Part shown: positions 28,743 through 41,632 of the stretch, in pieces
How the letters are laid out: every line of letters starts with the position of its first letter
Position numbering within the stretch: position 1 is the first letter of the stretch
Assembly: GCA_963742735.1 (NCBI GenBank)
Contig: CAVUMN010000003.1
Coordinates: 672,001-736,000 of the forward strand
DNA: 64,000 nucleotides
DNA from: an uncultured Actinomycetes bacterium
GTDB lineage: Bacteria; Actinomycetota; UBA4738; JBBDTT01
Reading direction: 5' to 3'
The notes under the pieces: model-generated
Told to the model about the DNA's origin: nothing
What the model saw: only the letters and a program-made list of their open reading frames with translations
Database searches by the model: none
Program-made: the position numbers and the translations under genes

Positions 28743-31004
28743 GTGGCCTCGGTCGACGAACGCAAGGACGTCAAGGCCCCGGAGCGTCGGGGCGGCATCC
28801 TGTCGCGCCTTCCGTTCGTGTCCGGCCCCACCGGCGGCGCCGGCGAGGGCATCGACGGGCTCCTGCGCAAGGTTCGGGCGTACGCCCCCAAGGCCGACAC
28901 CAAGCTCATCCAGAAGGCGTACGAGTTCGCCGAGGAGGGCCACCGCGGCCAGACCCGCAAGAGCGGCGAGCCGTTCATCGAGCATCCCCTCGAGGTGGCC
29001 CACGTCCTGGCGGACCTGGGCATGGACGAGACGACGTTGGTGGCCTCGCTCCTGCACGACGTGGTCGAGGACACCTCCCACGGGCTGGACGAGATCATCC
29101 AGGAGTTCGGCACCGAGATCGCGGCGATCGTCGACGGGCTGACCAAGCTCGACAAGATCACCTACCGCTCGCGCGAGGCGGAGCAGGCCGAGAACGTCCG
29201 CAAGATGATCGTGGCGATGGCCGAGGACATCCGCGTCCTGATCATCAAGCTCGCCGACCGGCTCCACAACATGCGCACGCTGCACGCGCTGCGCCCGGAG
29301 AAGCAGCAGGAGAAGGCCATCGAGACCCTCGAGATCTACGGGCCGCTGGCGCACCGGCTGGGGATCCACCAGCTGAAGTGGGAGCTCGAGGACCTGGCCT
29401 TCGCCACCCTGCACCCCAAGCGCTTCGACGAGATCCAGAACCTGGTGGGCAAGCGCGACCACGAACGGGCGCAGTACCTCGGCACGGTGACCGAGGCCGT
29501 CCACGCCAAGCTCCGCGAGTCGAAGATCAAGGCGGACGTCGCCGGACGCCCGAAGCACCTGTGGAGCGTCTACGAGAAGATGGTGCTGCGGGGCAAGGAG
29601 TTCAGCGAGATCTACGACCTGGTCGGCATCCGGGTCCTCGTCGACTCCGTCCGGGACTGCTACGCGGCCCTCGGCGCCATCCACGCGATCTGGAAGCCCA
29701 TCCCCGGGCGATTCAAGGACTACATCGCGATGCCCAAGTTCAACATGTACCAGTCCCTGCACACGACCGTGATCGGCCCGGAGGGCCGGCCCCTCGAGAT
29801 CCAGATCCGAACCCAGGCCATGCACCGCACGGCCGAGTACGGCATCGCCGCCCACTGGCGGTACAAGGACGGCAAGGAGGTCAAGCGCGAGGAGTCCGAC
29901 CTCGCCTGGCTGACACAGATGCTCGAGTGGCAGCGGGAGACGCAGGACCCGCACGAGTTCATGCAGTCGCTGAAGATCGACCTCTACAAGGGCCAGGTGT
30001 TCGTGTACACGCCGAAGGGCGACGTCATCAACCTTCCGGCAGGATCCACGCCCATCGACTTCGCGTACTCGATCCACACCGAGGTCGGCCATCGGTGCAT
30101 CGGGGGCCGCGTCTCGGGCCGGCTGGTACCCCTCGACTACAAGCTCCAGACCGGGGACACGGTCGAGATCTTCACCTCCAAGGCCCAGGACGCGGGACCC
30201 AGCCGCGACTGGCTGAACGTGGTGGCCACGCCCCGGGCCCGCAGCAAGATCAAGCAGTGGTTCTCGCGGGAGCGGCGGGAGGACGCGCTGGAGACCGGCC
30301 GCGAGCTCCTGCAGCGGACCATGCGCCGCCAGGGCCTGACCATCAAGCGGCACGCGACCGACGACGCGATCGCCCAGGTAGCGGCGGATCTGAAGTACCC
30401 GACGCTCGACGCGCTGTTCGTGGCCATCGGGGCAGGGCACGTGTCCCCGCAGTCGGTCGTCACCCGGCTCGCGCGCCAGTTCACCGACGAGCCCGAGGCG
30501 GACGAGGCCGAGGTCAAGCTGGCCCGTCCGGTCGACATCCGCCGCGAGCCCACGCAGGGGATCGTGGTCCCGGGGGCGACCGATGTGTGGGTTCGTCTGG
30601 CCCGCTGCTGTGAGCCGGTTCCCGGCGACGAGATCGTCGGCTTCATCACCCAGGGCCAGGGGGTGTCCGTCCATCGCAGCGGCTGCCCGAACGCGGTCGC
30701 GCTCCAGGCCCGCGCCCCCGACCGGATGATCGACGTGTCATGGCGGCCCGGGAAGCCGACCTCGTTCGTGGTCTCGATCCAGGTCGAGGCGCTCGACCGG
30801 ACGCGGCTCCTTCGGGACATCGCGCAGGTCCTGTCGGATCATCACGTGAGCATCCTGGCGGCGAACACCACCGTCGGACGCGACCGCGTCGCGACCCTCC
30901 GGTTCACCTTCGAGCTCGCGGACATCGCGCACCTGTCGAGCATCCTGTCCGCGGTCAAGCGCGTGGACAGCGTGTTCGACGCGGCGCGCGTGACCCCCGG
31001 TTGA
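28743..31004 (+). CDS. rel: Bifunctional (p)ppGpp synthetase/hydrolase Rel
   Basis: HDVVED, KLADRLHNMRT, YQSLHTT, TGS (TPIDFAY), ARCC, ACT domain. Confidence 0.98.
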   Translation: MASVDERKDVKAPERRGGILSRLPFVSGPTGGAGEGIDGLLRKVRAYAPKADTKLIQKAYEFAEEGHRGQTRKSGEPFIEHPLEVAHVLADLGMDETTLVASLLHDVVEDTSHGLDEIIQEFGTEIAAIVDGLTKLDKITYRSREAEQAENVRKMIVAMAEDIRVLIIKLADRLHNMRTLHALRPEKQQEKAIETLEIYGPLAHRLGIHQLKWELEDLAFATLHPKRFDEIQNLVGKRDHERAQYLGTVTEAVHAKLRESKIKADVAGRPKHLWSVYEKMVLRGKEFSEIYDLVGIRVLVDSVRDCYAALGAIHAIWKPIPGRFKDYIAMPKFNMYQSLHTTVIGPEGRPLEIQIRTQAMHRTAEYGIAAHWRYKDGKEVKREESDLAWLTQMLEWQRETQDPHEFMQSLKIDLYKGQVFVYTPKGDVINLPAGSTPIDFAYSIHTEVGHRCIGGRVSGRLVPLDYKLQTGDTVEIFTSKAQDAGPSRDWLNVVATPRARSKIKQWFSRERREDALETGRELLQRTMRRQGLTIKRHATDDAIAQVAADLKYPTLDALFVAIGAGHVSPQSVVTRLARQFTDEPEADEAEVKLARPVDIRREPTQGIVVPGATDVWVRLARCCEPVPGDEIVGFITQGQGVSVHRSGCPNAVALQARAPDRMIDVSWRPGKPTSFVVSIQVEALDRTRLLRDIAQVLSDHHVSILAANTTVGRDRVATLRFTFELADIAHLSSILSAVKRVDSVFDAARVTPG

Positions 31005-31007
31005 GCC

Positions 31008-31202
31008 TCAGATCCGGATGTCGAACAGCTGCACCGCGCCAACGTAGATGAGGTACGCGGCCACGATGTAGTTGAGGAGCTTGGGGTAGATCAGGATGAG
31101 GATCCCGGCCGCGAGGGCGACGACGCCGTCCAGCGTGAACCGGACGTCCACGTCTCCGCCCCTCTGGGCCAGGAACCCGAGTACCGCGAGAACCGCCACC
31201 AT
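31008..31202 (-). CDS. Small membrane protein, DUF3096-like
   Basis: [24 protein letters not shown]; SD AAGGAGA before ATG. Confidence 0.75.
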   Translation of the reverse strand: MVAVLAVLGFLAQRGGDVDVRFTLDGVVALAAGILILIYPKLLNYIVAAYLIYVGAVQLFDIRI

Positions 31203-31255
31203 GGAGTCTCCTTTCGACGTCCCCCTTGTTCCCGGCAAGGCGAGCAGGTAACCGC

Positions 31256-31690
31256 GTGCGCGTCCTGCTGCAGCGCGTGAGCCGCGCCGCCGTGCGCGTC
31301 GACGGGCGCACGGCCGGGGAGATCGGCCCGGGCCTGGTCGCCCTGGTCGGATGCGGCCGCGACGACCCCGAGGACGATCCCGAGCGGCTCGCGACGAAGG
31401 TGTGGAACCTCCGGGTGTTCGAGGACGCCGACGGGAAGATGAACCTGGCCGGCGCCGACGTGGGGGCGGAGGTGCTCGTCATCTCGCAGTTCACCCTGTA
31501 CGGCGGCACGACCAAGGGCCGGCGTCCGTCGTGGATCGAGGCGGCCCAGCCCGAGGAGGCCGAGCCGCGCGTCGAGCGGTTCGCGGCCGAGCTCGAGCGG
31601 CTGGGCGCGCGGGTGGCCCGCGGCGTGTTCCGGGCCCACATGGAGGTCGAGCTGATCAACGACGGACCGGTCACGCTGATGCTCGACTAG
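31256..31690 (+). CDS. dtd: D-aminoacyl-tRNA deacylase
   Basis: LQRVSRA, SQFTL, NDGPVT. Confidence 0.96.
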   Translation: MRVLLQRVSRAAVRVDGRTAGEIGPGLVALVGCGRDDPEDDPERLATKVWNLRVFEDADGKMNLAGADVGAEVLVISQFTLYGGTTKGRRPSWIEAAQPEEAEPRVERFAAELERLGARVARGVFRAHMEVELINDGPVTLMLD

Positions 31691-31702
31691 CATTCGCCCT
31701 CG

Positions 31703-32323
31703 ATGTTCCTGGACCGCCTGGACGACAACCCCTTCGGGACCAACTGCTGGTTCGTGGCCGCGGACGGCTCGGACGAGGCCGTCGTCGTCGACCCGGGTTT
31801 CTACGCCGACCGCGTGACGGCGATGCTCGAGGCCGCCGGCAAGCGCCTGGTCGCCGTCCTGGCCACGCACGGGCACGGCGACCACATCGGCCAGGCCGCC
31901 GCCGTGGCCGGGCTGGACGTCCCCGTCTTCATCCACGGGGACGACGCGCTGGCCTTCGAGGACGCCGTCGCCTGGGGCTCCGGGTTCCCCATGCAGCCCG
32001 AGAAGCCGGCCGACCTCCGCACGGTCGCCGACGGGGACGTCCTGGACTACGCGGGGTTCGGCCTGGAGGTCGTCCACACCCCTGGCCACACGCCCGGGAG
32101 CGTCTGCTTCGCGACCGACGGCTTCGTCTTCTCCGGGGACCTGGTGTTCGCGGGGACGATCGGGCGCTCGGACTTCCCCCACTCGAACCCCGAGCACATG
32201 GAGCAGAGCCTGCTGCGGTTCCTCAAGCTCCCCGACGAGCTCGACGTCTATCCGGGGCACATGGAGCCGACCACGGTCGGGCGGGAGCGCCGCACCAACC
32301 CGTTCCTCGTCGCGCTCACGTGA
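31703..32323 (+). CDS. MBL-fold metallo-hydrolase (glyoxalase II-like)
   Basis: THGHGDHIG, HTPGHTPG, GD, PGH. Confidence 0.93.
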   Translation: MFLDRLDDNPFGTNCWFVAADGSDEAVVVDPGFYADRVTAMLEAAGKRLVAVLATHGHGDHIGQAAAVAGLDVPVFIHGDDALAFEDAVAWGSGFPMQPEKPADLRTVADGDVLDYAGFGLEVVHTPGHTPGSVCFATDGFVFSGDLVFAGTIGRSDFPHSNPEHMEQSLLRFLKLPDELDVYPGHMEPTTVGRERRTNPFLVALT

Positions 32324-33582
32324 GCGGAAACTTCGCGCCGCCCCGAGGCACCGACGACCTGCTGCCTCCCCGGTCCGAGGCCATGCGGCTGCTGGTCCGC
32401 GAGGCGTGGGGGCTGGCCACTCGGTGGGGGTTCAGGACGGCGCTCACGCCGTCGCTCGACCACACCGAGATCTTCGCGCGGACCTCGGGGGAGACCTCGG
32501 ACGTGGTCACCAAGGAGATGTACACGTTCGAGGACAAGGGCGGCCGTTCGCTGACCCTGAAGCCCGAGGGGACCGCGTCGGTGGTCCGGGCCTACCTGAA
32601 CGACCGACAGAGCCTGCCCCACCCCTTCAAGGCCGCCTACGTCGAGCGGACCTGGCGGTACGGACGCCCCCAGGCCGGCCGGCTCCGGGAGTTCCGCCAG
32701 TTCGGCGTGGAGATCATCGGGGAGGGCGCTCCCGAGGCCGACGTCGAGGTCATCGCCCTCGCCGACGCCTACCTCCGCGCGCGAGGGCTCCAGAAGCTCA
32801 CGCTGGTGGTGAACTCGATCGGCGACGAGGTCTGCCGGCCTCCGTATCGCGAGACGCTGCTGGCCTATCTCGACGCGCACCGCGAGGAGATCTGCGACGA
32901 GCATCGCGCCGTCTACGCGAGCAATCCGATGCGCGTCCTGGACTGCAAGACCGCCGAGTGCCGGGCGGTCGCGGCGAACGCGCCGGTGATCACGGCCGCG
33001 CTGTGCGACCCGTGCGCGGAGCACTTCGACACGGTCCGCGGCGGGCTCGAGGAGGCCGGGATCGCCCACGAGATCGAGCCGCGCCTGGTCCGGGGCCTCG
33101 ACTACTACACGCGCACCGCGTTCGAGTTCGTGAGCGGGTCGCTGAGCGAGGCCCAGGCCACGGTCTGCGGAGGCGGTCGCTACGACGGGCTGGCCGAGGT
33201 CCTGGGCGGGGAGCCCACCCCCGGCGTGGGCTTCGGCATGGGACTCGACCGGGTGCTGATCGCGCTGGAGGCGGAGGGCCGCGCGCCCGAGCCGCCTCCG
33301 GGTGTGCAGTGCTTCGTGATCGGGATCGGCCAGGGCCGGGGGACCGCCCGAGCCCTGGTGCGCGAGCTCCGCGCCACGGGGCTCGGCGCCGACATGTCCT
33401 ACGGGGACCGCCCGCTCAAGGCGCAGCTCCGCGCGGCGGATCGGAGCGAGGCGCCGTTCGCCGCGATCGTGGGCGAGCGCGAGGCCGAGGCCGGCGTCGT
33501 CACCCTGCGCCGGCTGGCCGACGGCGAGCAGACGGAGGTCCCCCGGGAGGAGGTGGCCGCGTGGATTACCTCCCAGGGCTGA
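32320..33582 (+). CDS. hisS: Histidine--tRNA ligase
   Basis: PRGTDD, KEMYTF, PEGTA, LVRGLDYY, GGGRYDGL. Confidence 0.97.
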   Translation: MSGNFAPPRGTDDLLPPRSEAMRLLVREAWGLATRWGFRTALTPSLDHTEIFARTSGETSDVVTKEMYTFEDKGGRSLTLKPEGTASVVRAYLNDRQSLPHPFKAAYVERTWRYGRPQAGRLREFRQFGVEIIGEGAPEADVEVIALADAYLRARGLQKLTLVVNSIGDEVCRPPYRETLLAYLDAHREEICDEHRAVYASNPMRVLDCKTAECRAVAANAPVITAALCDPCAEHFDTVRGGLEEAGIAHEIEPRLVRGLDYYTRTAFEFVSGSLSEAQATVCGGGRYDGLAEVLGGEPTPGVGFGMGLDRVLIALEAEGRAPEPPPGVQCFVIGIGQGRGTARALVRELRATGLGADMSYGDRPLKAQLRAADRSEAPFAAIVGEREAEAGVVTLRRLADGEQTEVPREEVAAWITSQG

Positions 33583-35339
33583 GGACACACACCTGCGGCG
33601 GCCTGCGGGCCCCCGACGCCGGCGGCGAGGCCGTGATCGCCGGGTGGGTGGCCCACCGCCGGGACCACGGCGGCGTGATCTTCCTGGACCTGCGCGATCG
33701 CGAGGGGCTGGTCCAGGTCGTGTTCCATCCCGAGGACGCCCCCGAGGCCCACGCCGCCGCGGAGGAGGCCCGGTCGGAGTGGGTCCTGCGGGTGACCGGC
33801 GAGGTCCGCGCGCGCGACGAGCAGAACGTGAACCCGAACCTGCCCACGGGCGAGGTGGAGGTCGTGGCGAGGACGGTGGAGGTGCTGTCGCGCTCCGAGC
33901 CGCCGCCGTTCCCCATCGAGGACCGCATCGACGCCGAGGAGCCGCTCCGGCTCACCTATCGCTACCTGGACCTGCGGCGCCCGGAGATGCAGCGGGTCCT
34001 GCAGCTGCGCCATCGGGCGACGTCCGTCATCCGCCGGTTCTTCGACGAGCGGGGGTTCGTCGACGTGGAGACGCCCATGCTGACTCGGGCCACGCCGGAG
34101 GGCGCGCGGGACTTCCTGGTGCCCAGCCGCCTGCAGCCGGGACGGTTCTACGCGCTGCCGCAGTCGCCGCAGCTCTTCAAGCAGCTGCTGATGGCGGCCG
34201 GGCTCGACCGCTACTACCAGATCGTGCGGTGCTTCCGCGACGAGGACCTGCGCGCCGACCGGCAGCTCGACTTCACCCAGCTGGACGTGGAGCTCTCCTT
34301 CGTTGACGAGGAGGACGTGCTCGGCCTGGTCGAGGAGATGATGACGGAGCTCCTGCGCGAGACGGTCGGGGCCGAGGTGACGGCGCCGTTCCCGCGCCTG
34401 TCGTACGCCGAGGCGATCGCGCGCTACGGGACCGACAAGCCCGACACCCGCTTCGGGATGGAGCTGGTCGACCTGGCCCCCGCCTTCTCGGGCACCGGGT
34501 TCCGGGCGTTCGCATCGGTGCTGGACTCGGGCGGCGCGGTGCGGGGGATCGCCGCGCCGGGCGCGGCGTCGTGGTCGCGCAAGGACCTCGACGCCCTGGT
34601 CGCCGAGGCCAAGGGCCGGGGCGCGGCCGGGTTGGTCTGGATGGCGTTCACCGCCGACGGCGTCCGCTCGCCGGTCGAGAAGCACATCGCCGCCGAGGAG
34701 GTCGACCGTATCCGCGAGACCACGGGCGCGAGCGAGGGCGACCTGGTCCTGATCGTGGCCGACGAGCCCGGGCGGGTGGCCACGGCCCTGGACGGCCTGC
34801 GCCGGCTGATGGCCGAGCGCCTGGAGCTGATCCCCGACGGCGCATGGAACCTGGTCTGGATCACCGAGCCCCCGCTGTTCGAGCCGAACGAGGAGGGGGC
34901 GTGGACGCCGGTGCACCACCCGTTCACCGCGCCGGCGACGGACGACCTGAACCCCGAGACGGCGCGGGCGCGGGCCTACGACCTGGTCCTGAACGGCTAC
35001 GAGCTGGGGGGCGGCTCGATCCGGATCCACGACCCGAACCTGCAGCGGAAGGTGTTCGACGCGCTGGGGCTCTCGCCCGAGGAGGCCGAGGACAAGTTCG
35101 GCTTCCTGCTCCGGGCGTTCCGCTACGGCGTCCCGCCCCACGGCGGTGTGGCCCTGGGGCTGGACCGGGTGGCGATGCTCCTGGCCGGCAAGGACAACAT
35201 CCGCGAGGTCATCGCGTTCCCCAAGACGCAGTCGGGACAGGAGCTCCTGACCGGCGCGCCCTCCGACGTCGATCCGGCGCAGCTCCGGGAGCTGGGCCTG
35301 CAGATGATCCCCCCGCGAACCACCCGATCGGGGGATTGA
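33561..35339 (+). CDS. aspS: Aspartate--tRNA ligase (RRDHGG His suggests the non-discriminating type)
   Basis: RTHTCG, RRDHGG, PEGARDFLVP, LPQSPQLFKQ, PPHGG, IAFPKT. Confidence 0.97.
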   Translation: MDYLPGLRTHTCGGLRAPDAGGEAVIAGWVAHRRDHGGVIFLDLRDREGLVQVVFHPEDAPEAHAAAEEARSEWVLRVTGEVRARDEQNVNPNLPTGEVEVVARTVEVLSRSEPPPFPIEDRIDAEEPLRLTYRYLDLRRPEMQRVLQLRHRATSVIRRFFDERGFVDVETPMLTRATPEGARDFLVPSRLQPGRFYALPQSPQLFKQLLMAAGLDRYYQIVRCFRDEDLRADRQLDFTQLDVELSFVDEEDVLGLVEEMMTELLRETVGAEVTAPFPRLSYAEAIARYGTDKPDTRFGMELVDLAPAFSGTGFRAFASVLDSGGAVRGIAAPGAASWSRKDLDALVAEAKGRGAAGLVWMAFTADGVRSPVEKHIAAEEVDRIRETTGASEGDLVLIVADEPGRVATALDGLRRLMAERLELIPDGAWNLVWITEPPLFEPNEEGAWTPVHHPFTAPATDDLNPETARARAYDLVLNGYELGGGSIRIHDPNLQRKVFDALGLSPEEAEDKFGFLLRAFRYGVPPHGGVALGLDRVAMLLAGKDNIREVIAFPKTQSGQELLTGAPSDVDPAQLRELGLQMIPPRTTRSGD

Positions 35340-35364
35340 TCCCACCCGGGCGCAGGCATACGAT
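35336..35364 (+). promoter_or_regulatory. Housekeeping sigma promoter of 6S RNA
   Basis: TTGATC-N17-TACGAT; predicted +1 near 35371, the start of the RNA stem. Confidence 0.75.
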
Positions 35365-35370
35365 CGAGGC

Positions 35371-35536
35371 GGCGGCGAGCCGCCCGGACCGTGATTTGTG
35401 AACCAGCATTCGCTTACCGGGAGTCCCGCTCCGACCGTGGTGCAGCACCCCGAACCTGGGGTTCTCTGAAGCGGCCGGGAGGGCACCCACCTGCGTGAGA
35501 CGCAGGTTACGCACACGGCCCAGGAGTCTCGCCGCC
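35371..35536 (+). ncRNA. ssrS: 6S RNA (SsrS)
   Basis: Closing stem GGCGGCGAG/CTCGCCGCC, further pairing CCGTG/CACGG and GTGAACC/GGTTAC, central bubble with GGGCACCCACCTGCG-TGAGA-CGCAGGTT; aspS-downstream position as for Bacillus 6S-1. Confidence 0.85.
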
Positions 35537-35568
35537 TCCCTCTGTGCCGGCGCGGCTAGTCTTTTCCC

Positions 35569-36858
35569 GTGGACACTCGGACTCCGTTGGCGGCGCGCAT
35601 GCGGCCTCGGTCCTTTGAGGAGCTCGCCGGGCAGACGCACCTGTTCGGGCCCGGCAAGGCCCTGACCACGCTCATCGAGGCGGGGCGGCTTCCGTCCGTG
35701 ATCCTGTGGGGACCGCCGGGGAGCGGAAAGACGACCCTCGCGCACCTGCTCGCGAAGGCCGTCGGCGCAGAACTCGTGCAGCTCTCGGCGGTGTCCTCGG
35801 GGGTCGCGGACGCGCGGAAGGTCATCGCCTCGGCGAAGCCGGACGCGTTGATGCCGACCGTGCTGTTCGTGGACGAGGTCCACCGGTGGAGCAAGTCGCA
35901 GCAGGACGTGCTGCTCCCGGCGGTCGAGTCCGGCGCGGTGACGCTCGTGGGGGCCACGACCGAGAACCCGTACTTCTCCCTGGTCTCACCCCTCCTGTCC
36001 CGTTCGATCCTGCTCCGCCTCGAGGCCCTGTCGCCCGACGACCTGCGCTCGCTGATCGAGCGGGCCGTGGCCGACGCCGAACGAGGACTCGGCGAGCTGA
36101 ACCTGAAGATCGCCGCCGACGCCCTCGACTACCTGGTCGAGGTGGCCGGCGGCGACGCCCGCGTGGCGCTCACCGCGCTCGAGGCGGCCGCCCTGGCGAC
36201 GAGCGCCGCCGGCGACCCGGAGATCACCCGCGAGGTCGCCGCCGAGGCCGCGCAGAAGAAGGCCATCGCCTACGACCGCCAGGGCGACATGCACTACGAC
36301 GTCGTGTCCGCGTTCATCAAGAGCCTGAAGGCGTCGGACCCCGACGCGGCCCTGTTCTGGCTGGCCCGGATGATCGAGGCCGGGGAGGACGCCCGGTTCA
36401 TCGCGCGGCGGATGGTCATCCTGGCCAGCGAGAACATCGGGCTGGCCGACCCGCAGGCGCTGGTGATCGCCACCGCCGCCGCGCACGCGGTGGAGTACGT
36501 CGGCCTCCCCGAGGCCGGGCTGAACCTGGCCGAAGCCGTGATCTACCTGGCGCGCGCGCCCAAGAGCGACCGGGTGATCGTCGCCCTGGGACGGGCGTTC
36601 GAGGACGCCCGCTCGAACGATCCGGTCCCCACCCACCTGCGCGACACCCACTACGCGGGGGCGAAGAAGCTCGGCCACGGGCGCGGGTACGTCTATCCGA
36701 ACGACGATCCGGAAAAGGCCGCCCAGCAGGACTACCGGCCGCAGCGGTTCGAGGGCCGCATCTACTACGAGCCGAGCGGCGTGGGCGAGGACGTCCCGGT
36801 GAAGCGCCACTACGGCGGCCCGGCCGAACCTCCCGATGGGGAGGACGAGCCCGGCTAG
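35569..36858 (+). CDS. rarA: Replication-associated recombination protein A (RarA/MgsA)
   Basis: PLAARMRP, GPPGSGKT, DEVHR, GATTENP, SAFIKS. Confidence 0.96.
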   Translation: MDTRTPLAARMRPRSFEELAGQTHLFGPGKALTTLIEAGRLPSVILWGPPGSGKTTLAHLLAKAVGAELVQLSAVSSGVADARKVIASAKPDALMPTVLFVDEVHRWSKSQQDVLLPAVESGAVTLVGATTENPYFSLVSPLLSRSILLRLEALSPDDLRSLIERAVADAERGLGELNLKIAADALDYLVEVAGGDARVALTALEAAALATSAAGDPEITREVAAEAAQKKAIAYDRQGDMHYDVVSAFIKSLKASDPDAALFWLARMIEAGEDARFIARRMVILASENIGLADPQALVIATAAAHAVEYVGLPEAGLNLAEAVIYLARAPKSDRVIVALGRAFEDARSNDPVPTHLRDTHYAGAKKLGHGRGYVYPNDDPEKAAQQDYRPQRFEGRIYYEPSGVGEDVPVKRHYGGPAEPPDGEDEPG

Positions 36859-36891
36859 AATGCCCCTCCCCGCTAACCGAAGGAGGGAGCC

Positions 36892-37245
36892 GTGGACGGA
36901 GGCGACTGGGCGCTCATCGTGCTGGCCGCGTTCTGGGGCCTGCTCGTGCTGTTCATGTCCCTCGTCCTGGTCAACATCTTCCGGGTCCTGGAGAGCACGA
37001 AGATGCTGATCGACGGCATCCGCACCGAGACCGTGCCGCTGCTCGGCGAGGTGAAGGTCACGGTCCAGGGCGTCAACCGCGAGCTCGACCGCGTCGACGG
37101 GCTGCTGGCGTCGGCCGGCAACATCACGAAGTCCGTGGAGCGCCTCTCGTCGGTCGTCGAGAACACCGTGTCCAGCCCGCTGATCAAGGTCGCCGCGTTC
37201 AGCGCCGGTGCCGCGCGGGCCATGAAGCGCTTCCGGGGCAGCTGA
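36892..37245 (+). CDS. DUF948-like membrane/coiled-coil protein
   Basis: N-terminal TM, VPLLGEV..VNRELDRVD, PLIKVAAF; usual actinobacterial alaS neighbour. Confidence 0.8.
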   Translation: MDGGDWALIVLAAFWGLLVLFMSLVLVNIFRVLESTKMLIDGIRTETVPLLGEVKVTVQGVNRELDRVDGLLASAGNITKSVERLSSVVENTVSSPLIKVAAFSAGAARAMKRFRGS

Positions 37246-37487
37246 TGCGGCGCGTCTTCACGCTCGCCCTCGGGCTGGGGGCCGGGGCCACCGCGGCCAT
37301 CCTGGTCTCGCGATGGATGCGCAAGCAGCGTAAGGCCGTCGCCCAGGCCGTGAGCCCGGCCAACCTCGGGCGCCAGATCGCGGAGGGGGGCAAGGACCTC
37401 GGCTCGCTCCTGAAGGCCGCCGCCGCGGACTTCCGGGCCGGTATGGCCGAGCGCGAGGCCGAGATCCGCGCCGCCATCCCCGAGTAG
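37245..37487 (+). CDS. Small membrane protein upstream of alaS
   Basis: MRRVFTLALGLGAG TM, FRAGMAEREAEIRAA; translationally coupled to the previous gene. Confidence 0.75.
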   Translation: MRRVFTLALGLGAGATAAILVSRWMRKQRKAVAQAVSPANLGRQIAEGGKDLGSLLKAAAADFRAGMAEREAEIRAAIPE

Positions 37488-37516
37488 CCCGGCCCCTCCG
37501 TAGACTCCGATCCGAG

Positions 37517-40137
<2,621 letters not shown>

Positions 40138-40141
<4 letters not shown>

Positions 40142-40554
40142 CCGGGCGGGTCCTGGGCCTGGACCTGGGGCAGGCGCGGATCGGCGTCGCCATCTCCGAC
40201 GAGCTCGGCCGCCTGGCGGTTCCGTTCGGGACGGTTCACACCGGGGCCCCGCAGGACGTGAAGGCGATCGCCGCGATCGTCGAGGAGCAGGACATCGCCA
40301 CGATCGTGGTCGGCCTGCCGCTGACGCTCAGGGGCGCGCGGGGCGAGGCCGCGGCGCACGCCGAGCGGTTCGCCGAGGCACTGCGGGGGTTCCTGCCGGT
40401 CCCCGTGGAGCTGCAGGACGAGCGGCTGTCCACCGTCGAGGCCGACCGGGCGCTGCGGGGCACGGGGGCGGACGGCCGGGCTCGCCGGCGCCGGGTCGAC
40501 GCCAGCGCCGCGACCGTGATCCTGCAGTCCTGGCTCGACGCCCACCGCCGCTAG
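40138..40554 (+). CDS. ruvX: RuvX/YqgF pre-16S rRNA nuclease
   Basis: GLDLGQARIGVAISD, VVGLP, DERLST, VDASAATVILQ. Confidence 0.95.
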
Positions 40555-40603
40555 CTCGCCCCCCGCGGCGAAACCGCACGCCCCTGGGTATCCTTGAACT
40601 CCC

Positions 40604-41632
40604 GTGCTGGAACCCTCCAGGCCACCCGAACGCTCCCGGCGCCGCGCGCTCGTCGTCCTCGGCGTGCTCGCGCTGGTCATGGTGGTCGTCGTCGTCGGGC
40701 TCGGCGGGTTCTACGTGTACGCCAGCGGGGCGTCCGGCCCGAAGGCTCCCCTGCAGTTCACGGTTCCGTCCGGGGCCACGACCTCCGACGTGGCGGAGAT
40801 GCTCGAGCAGGAGGGAGTGATCCGTTCCGCCTTCGTGTTCCGGCTGCTGGCGCGGTTCCGGGACGTCGCCACTCAGGCCGGCTTGTACGAGCTGACCACG
40901 AACATGAGCCTGGCCGCGGTGTTCGACGAGCTGAACGAGGGCCCGGTCCCGCCGCCCACCGTGACCTTCGGGATCCCCGAAGGGCTGAGGGTGGACCAGA
41001 TCGCGAAGCGAGCGGCCGAGGCGCTCGGGTTCACCGCGAAGGGGTTCATGAAGGCCGCGGGCAGCGGGGAGTTCTCCCTGCCGCCGTACCTTCCCGCGGG
41101 CACGACGAGCCTCGAGGGTTTCCTATTCCCCAAGGTCTACGAGTTCTTCCCGGACCCGACGCCCAAGGCCGTCATCGAGAAGATGCTCGACCAGTTCTCG
41201 ACCGAGGTGGAGGACCTCCCCTGGTCGAACGCCGACGCTCTCGGCGTGACCCCGTACGAGGTCGTCGTCGCGGCCTCCCTGATCGAGCGGGAGGCGCGGG
41301 CCGACGAGGACCGGGGCAAGATCGCTCGCGTGATCTACAACCGGCTCGAGATCGGCCAGGCCCTCGAGATCGACGCGTGCATCCAGTACGCGCTGGGGGA
41401 GAACCGGCCGATCACCAACGACGACAAGCTGATCGACAGCCCGTACAACACCTACCAGCACACCGGCCTGACCCCGACGCCGATCGCCGCTCCGGGCATC
41501 GAGTCGATCCGCGCCGCGCTCGAGCCGACGCCCGGGGAGTGGCTCTACTACCTGGTGGTCGACGAGGACTCGGGCCGCCACGAGTTCTTCGTGACCTACG
41601 ACGAGTTCCTCGCGGCCCTCAACAGTCGCTGA
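40604..41632 (+). CDS. mltG: Endolytic transglycosylase MltG
   Basis: TM anchor, IPEG, LEGFLFP, ASLIEREA, SPYNTY, GLTPTPI. Confidence 0.95.
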   Translation: MLEPSRPPERSRRRALVVLGVLALVMVVVVVGLGGFYVYASGASGPKAPLQFTVPSGATTSDVAEMLEQEGVIRSAFVFRLLARFRDVATQAGLYELTTNMSLAAVFDELNEGPVPPPTVTFGIPEGLRVDQIAKRAAEALGFTAKGFMKAAGSGEFSLPPYLPAGTTSLEGFLFPKVYEFFPDPTPKAVIEKMLDQFSTEVEDLPWSNADALGVTPYEVVVAASLIEREARADEDRGKIARVIYNRLEIGQALEIDACIQYALGENRPITNDDKLIDSPYNTYQHTGLTPTPIAAPGIESIRAALEPTPGEWLYYLVVDEDSGRHEFFVTYDEFLAALNSR

